From NCBI RefSeq assembly GCF_009834535.1, contig NC_045696.1:74526001-74590000 (forward strand): a stretch of 64,000 nucleotides of DNA, given 5' to 3'. Shown here piece by piece: positions 61,026 through 64,000 of this stretch; position 1 is the first letter of the stretch, and each line of letters opens with the position of its first letter. Source of the stretch: Camelus ferus. Lineage: Eukaryota. Below the pieces are notes generated by a model. It searched no databases, was not told where the DNA came from, and saw nothing but the letters and a program-made list of their open reading frames with translations. A program made the translations under genes and the position numbers.

Positions 61026-63329
61026 CAGCTTTATCTACATCAGTTCGTGGTGATTCCCTTCTTCCAGGAACTCAGGACAAAATCTTGACTTATTTCACAT
61101 ACTCTACACACATCCAATCCATCAGCAAATCCTTCAAAAATATATCCAGCATTTCCTTCAGACTTTATAGAGAATCCAACCACATCTTAACCACCTCCAC
61201 TAGTAACCCCTAATCCCAGCAACCATCCTCTCTTGCCCGAATTAATACAACAGCCTCCCCTCCTACCTGGACGCCCTGCTCCCTCCCCTGCCCCCTCCCC
61301 ACCATTCTCAGTGTGGCTGCCAGAGCAGTCTAAGTGGAAGCCCAACCTCACTTGTACAATGACCTGTGAGGCCCCCCGCACCTCCTCATGCTCTCCTCCT
61401 CACTCCACTCCAGCTACTCCAGCCCCCTGGCTACTCCTCTCGTGAATACAGAGGACTTCAAGCCTCCACACCTACTGTTCCTTCTACCTGAGCTCTTCTT
61501 TCAGATGCCGCATAATCCACCCCTCGCTTCATCAAGGTCTCAATCAAAGGTCATCTCCCAGAGGCCTTTCTTATAAAACAGCAAATTCTTCTCCTTCCAC
61601 CCCACCTCACCCCAACCCTGCTTTACTGTTGTCCACAGAGCTCCAAGTAACACCGTGGCGCATCCTTACTTGTGCATTTCTTCCTTGTTGCCCTCCCTTT
61701 ATCCTGGGCTAGAATACAGCTCCATAAGGACAAGTCTGCTTTCTTTCTGGAAATATTCCAGGCACAGAGAACAGCGCCTACCATGCGGGAGGCATGGCCC
61801 CCTTCACTCCATGTCCTCACTTGTTTTTATATCTTTTCATATTGTATATATTTATATAAACCACCTACCGAAGTATACATTGGGGTATAAATTAGTGAAA
61901 TTATTTTAAAAAAGAAATGAATCGGGGGAAATTGCCTTTCCTGTCATCAGCTAAGTTTTTGCTGTGAGCTGTCACATCAACTGACAACCAAAAGGAAAAC
62001 AAGAAAGAAAGAAAAAAAAAGCACAGGTTTGAAACAGAAACCAGGCAAAAAGACAGCTGTGAATAATAATCACGTTGCCTGGCACTTAGTGATCCAGGGC
62101 TCCCGCCCTCGGCTGCCCTCCCCTGTGTCCCCCACCACTAAGAACCCACCCGCTCCCTAGTAAGTAAGACAGTGTAGGTGGTGACTTTGTCAGGTTTCTT
62201 GGCCCTGGTTGGTGTTTAAAGCTCTTTTAGAATAATTCCAATTCCAATACATCAAATTCCAAATCTTCAATTTGAGACATATGGTGCCGGTCTCCTATAA
62301 GGCAGCTGCCCTCAGAATTTTCATGAAATAAAGAGAGAATGAGATGCTCCAACCAGTATTTTTCCCCCAAAGGAACTGTCCCCCAAAACAATGACTTAAA
62401 TAACTGAACAGAGGATTTAATGAGCACTTCCCACCATAAGTCAGGGGCATGTCAATCAAACATTGCTCAGACACCAACACAGCCACCATGTGGACAAAAC
62501 ACACAGACACAGAGAAAAGAACAAACCCTACACCCCAGTACAGCCAAACATGTCATTAAGCCCCCAAAGGAATGTTTCCTCTCTTTGGTTAAAAGCAATT
62601 AATTCATGGGTATACTCAAAATGACAAAAATAAAGAGAAAAGATTAACATAAATCTTAGTCCTATAATTAAAATTAACTGTGTTTATCAATAAAAGCAAC
62701 CACGCCATGCATTATTCAAGGCCTCCTGCTAGGAACCAACAGCACAAGAGAAAAATCTCAATAAATTTGCAAACATTCAACAGGTAAGAAATCTCAATTT
62801 ACATCTGTTTCCAAAGAGAGAGTGAAGGTGAATAAACCAGCCAGGAAGCCACTGCTGGTTCTTCTCCCAGTTCCCAGAGGTCTCACACTCTCAAAAAACA
62901 TAGATACCCCTTTTTCTGTAGACAGAAAATGCATTTTGAAGCAAGGTAAATCGTTCCTAAAATGTTGACATTCAACAGAGAAACTTTCAAAGGACCTGGA
63001 AACACTGGGCAAAACTGCCTAACCCAGTATGTCCAACACCCGGCCGATGGGAGTCCCTCTAAACAGCTGGAGTCCGTGTCTGAAACTAGCAACTTCCCTC
63101 CCACTTCCCTCTCTCATCAAAACTTGCCTTTTTTCGAACTTGGGAAAATGTTCCCAACTTTTCTAATATGAAGAATGTTTTAATATCAAAATTTTACCAC
63201 CCCACCCACCAAAATAGGGATTGTATTTAGATCTTATTCTTTGAGAAAGCACTGTTAGAAACGTTACATGAAAACTTGGAAAGCAAGCGAGGTAGCAGAA
63301 GGCCCTTTTGTGTCACCCAAGGACTGTCT

Positions 63330-63512
63330 AGGGTAGGAGCTGGCGTACTGCGATGACCCAGAGGCCAAATCCAGCCCACAGCCTGCTTCCATACTGCCAA
63401 GGAGAAAGGGGGAAAGGGCAGGGACAGAAAGATGAGATGACAAGTGTGTGGCCTGTGAAGCCTGAAAGGTCCACTCTCTGACCCTCCAGGGAAAAAGTCT
63501 GCTGGCCCCTGG
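63330..63512. mobile_element. MER58-like hAT MITE
   Basis: ggccaaatccagcccacagcctg...gaaaaagtctgctggcccctg. Confidence 0.7.
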
Positions 63513-63643
63513 TCTAGGGGAATGAACTTAGCTCATCTCACTGCTTACTACTGATTAAAGAAGGGTTCCAAACTTAGTGAAGTTACTTGTTAACGTGTAG
63601 ATTTTTGACCTGTACCAAAAAATTCTGTCCAGTGGAACAGACA

Positions 63644-64000
63644 TGGGCATGCCTCAGAGACACTGCGGGTTCAGTTCTAGACCACCACAATAAAGCAAAT
63701 ATTGAAATCACAGGAATTTTTTGGTTTCCCAGTGTATATAAAAGCTATGTTTACACGATGCTGTAGCCTATTAAGTGTGCAATAGCATTATGTCTATAAA
63801 AGCAATTTATGTACTTTGGTTAAAAAATACCTTATAGCTAAAAAATGCTGACCATCATCTGAGCCTTCAGCAAGTCATGATCTTTTTGCTGGTGGAGGGT
63901 TTGAAATATCGCGAGAATTACCAAAATGTGACACAGAGGCAACAAAGTGAGCAAATGCTGTTGGGGAATGGTGCCAAAAGTCTTGCTTGACGCAGTGTGG
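63644..64000. mobile_element. Internally deleted Tigger1 derivative (Tigger1a_Art-like), running off the window end
   Basis: Tigger1 terminus gcgggttcagttctagaccaccacaataaagc joined at ~63900 to opposite-end sequence gaattaccaaaatgtgacacagag. Confidence 0.8.

Noticed and set aside
1..64000. Prokaryotic features (CRISPR arrays, operons, IS elements) or foreign inserted DNA
   Set aside because: The window is consistent throughout with mammalian exon-intron structure and eutherian repeats. I saw no repeat-spacer array or compositional anomaly.

Overview
This is mammalian genomic DNA, most likely from a camelid. The evidence is tRNA-Ala-derived SINEs resembling Vic-1, artiodactyl-type L1 and Tigger1 elements, and no Alu, Bov-tA/BovB or PRE-1 that I could recognise. 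The window holds the 3' ends of two convergent genes. On the + strand are the last seven coding exons of PEX5L (TRIP8b), 27294-41073. They splice at GT-AG boundaries into 352 uninterrupted codons plus TGA, followed by a ~6.3 kb 3' UTR. On the - strand are the last two coding exons of USP13 (59047-59131 and 57292-57385), with a 3' UTR probably reaching ~52480. Bases 1-27293 appear to be one large, repeat-rich PEX5L intron. It contains a full-length decayed L1 nested inside two hAT DNA transposons, several LTRs, SINEs, and L2 and MIR elements. Almost all ORFs in the supplied track are spurious or are L1 remnants. I found no convincing new biological system. The best leads are a possible U12-type intron in PEX5L, an unexplained 55-nt hairpin insert and a 26-nt microinversion inside the L1, a MER53 hairpin carrying a miR-1302-like sequence, and a PUM/miRNA site cluster in the PEX5L 3' UTR. 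Gene and repeat-family names come from recalled sequences, not database searches, and most repeat boundaries are approximate.
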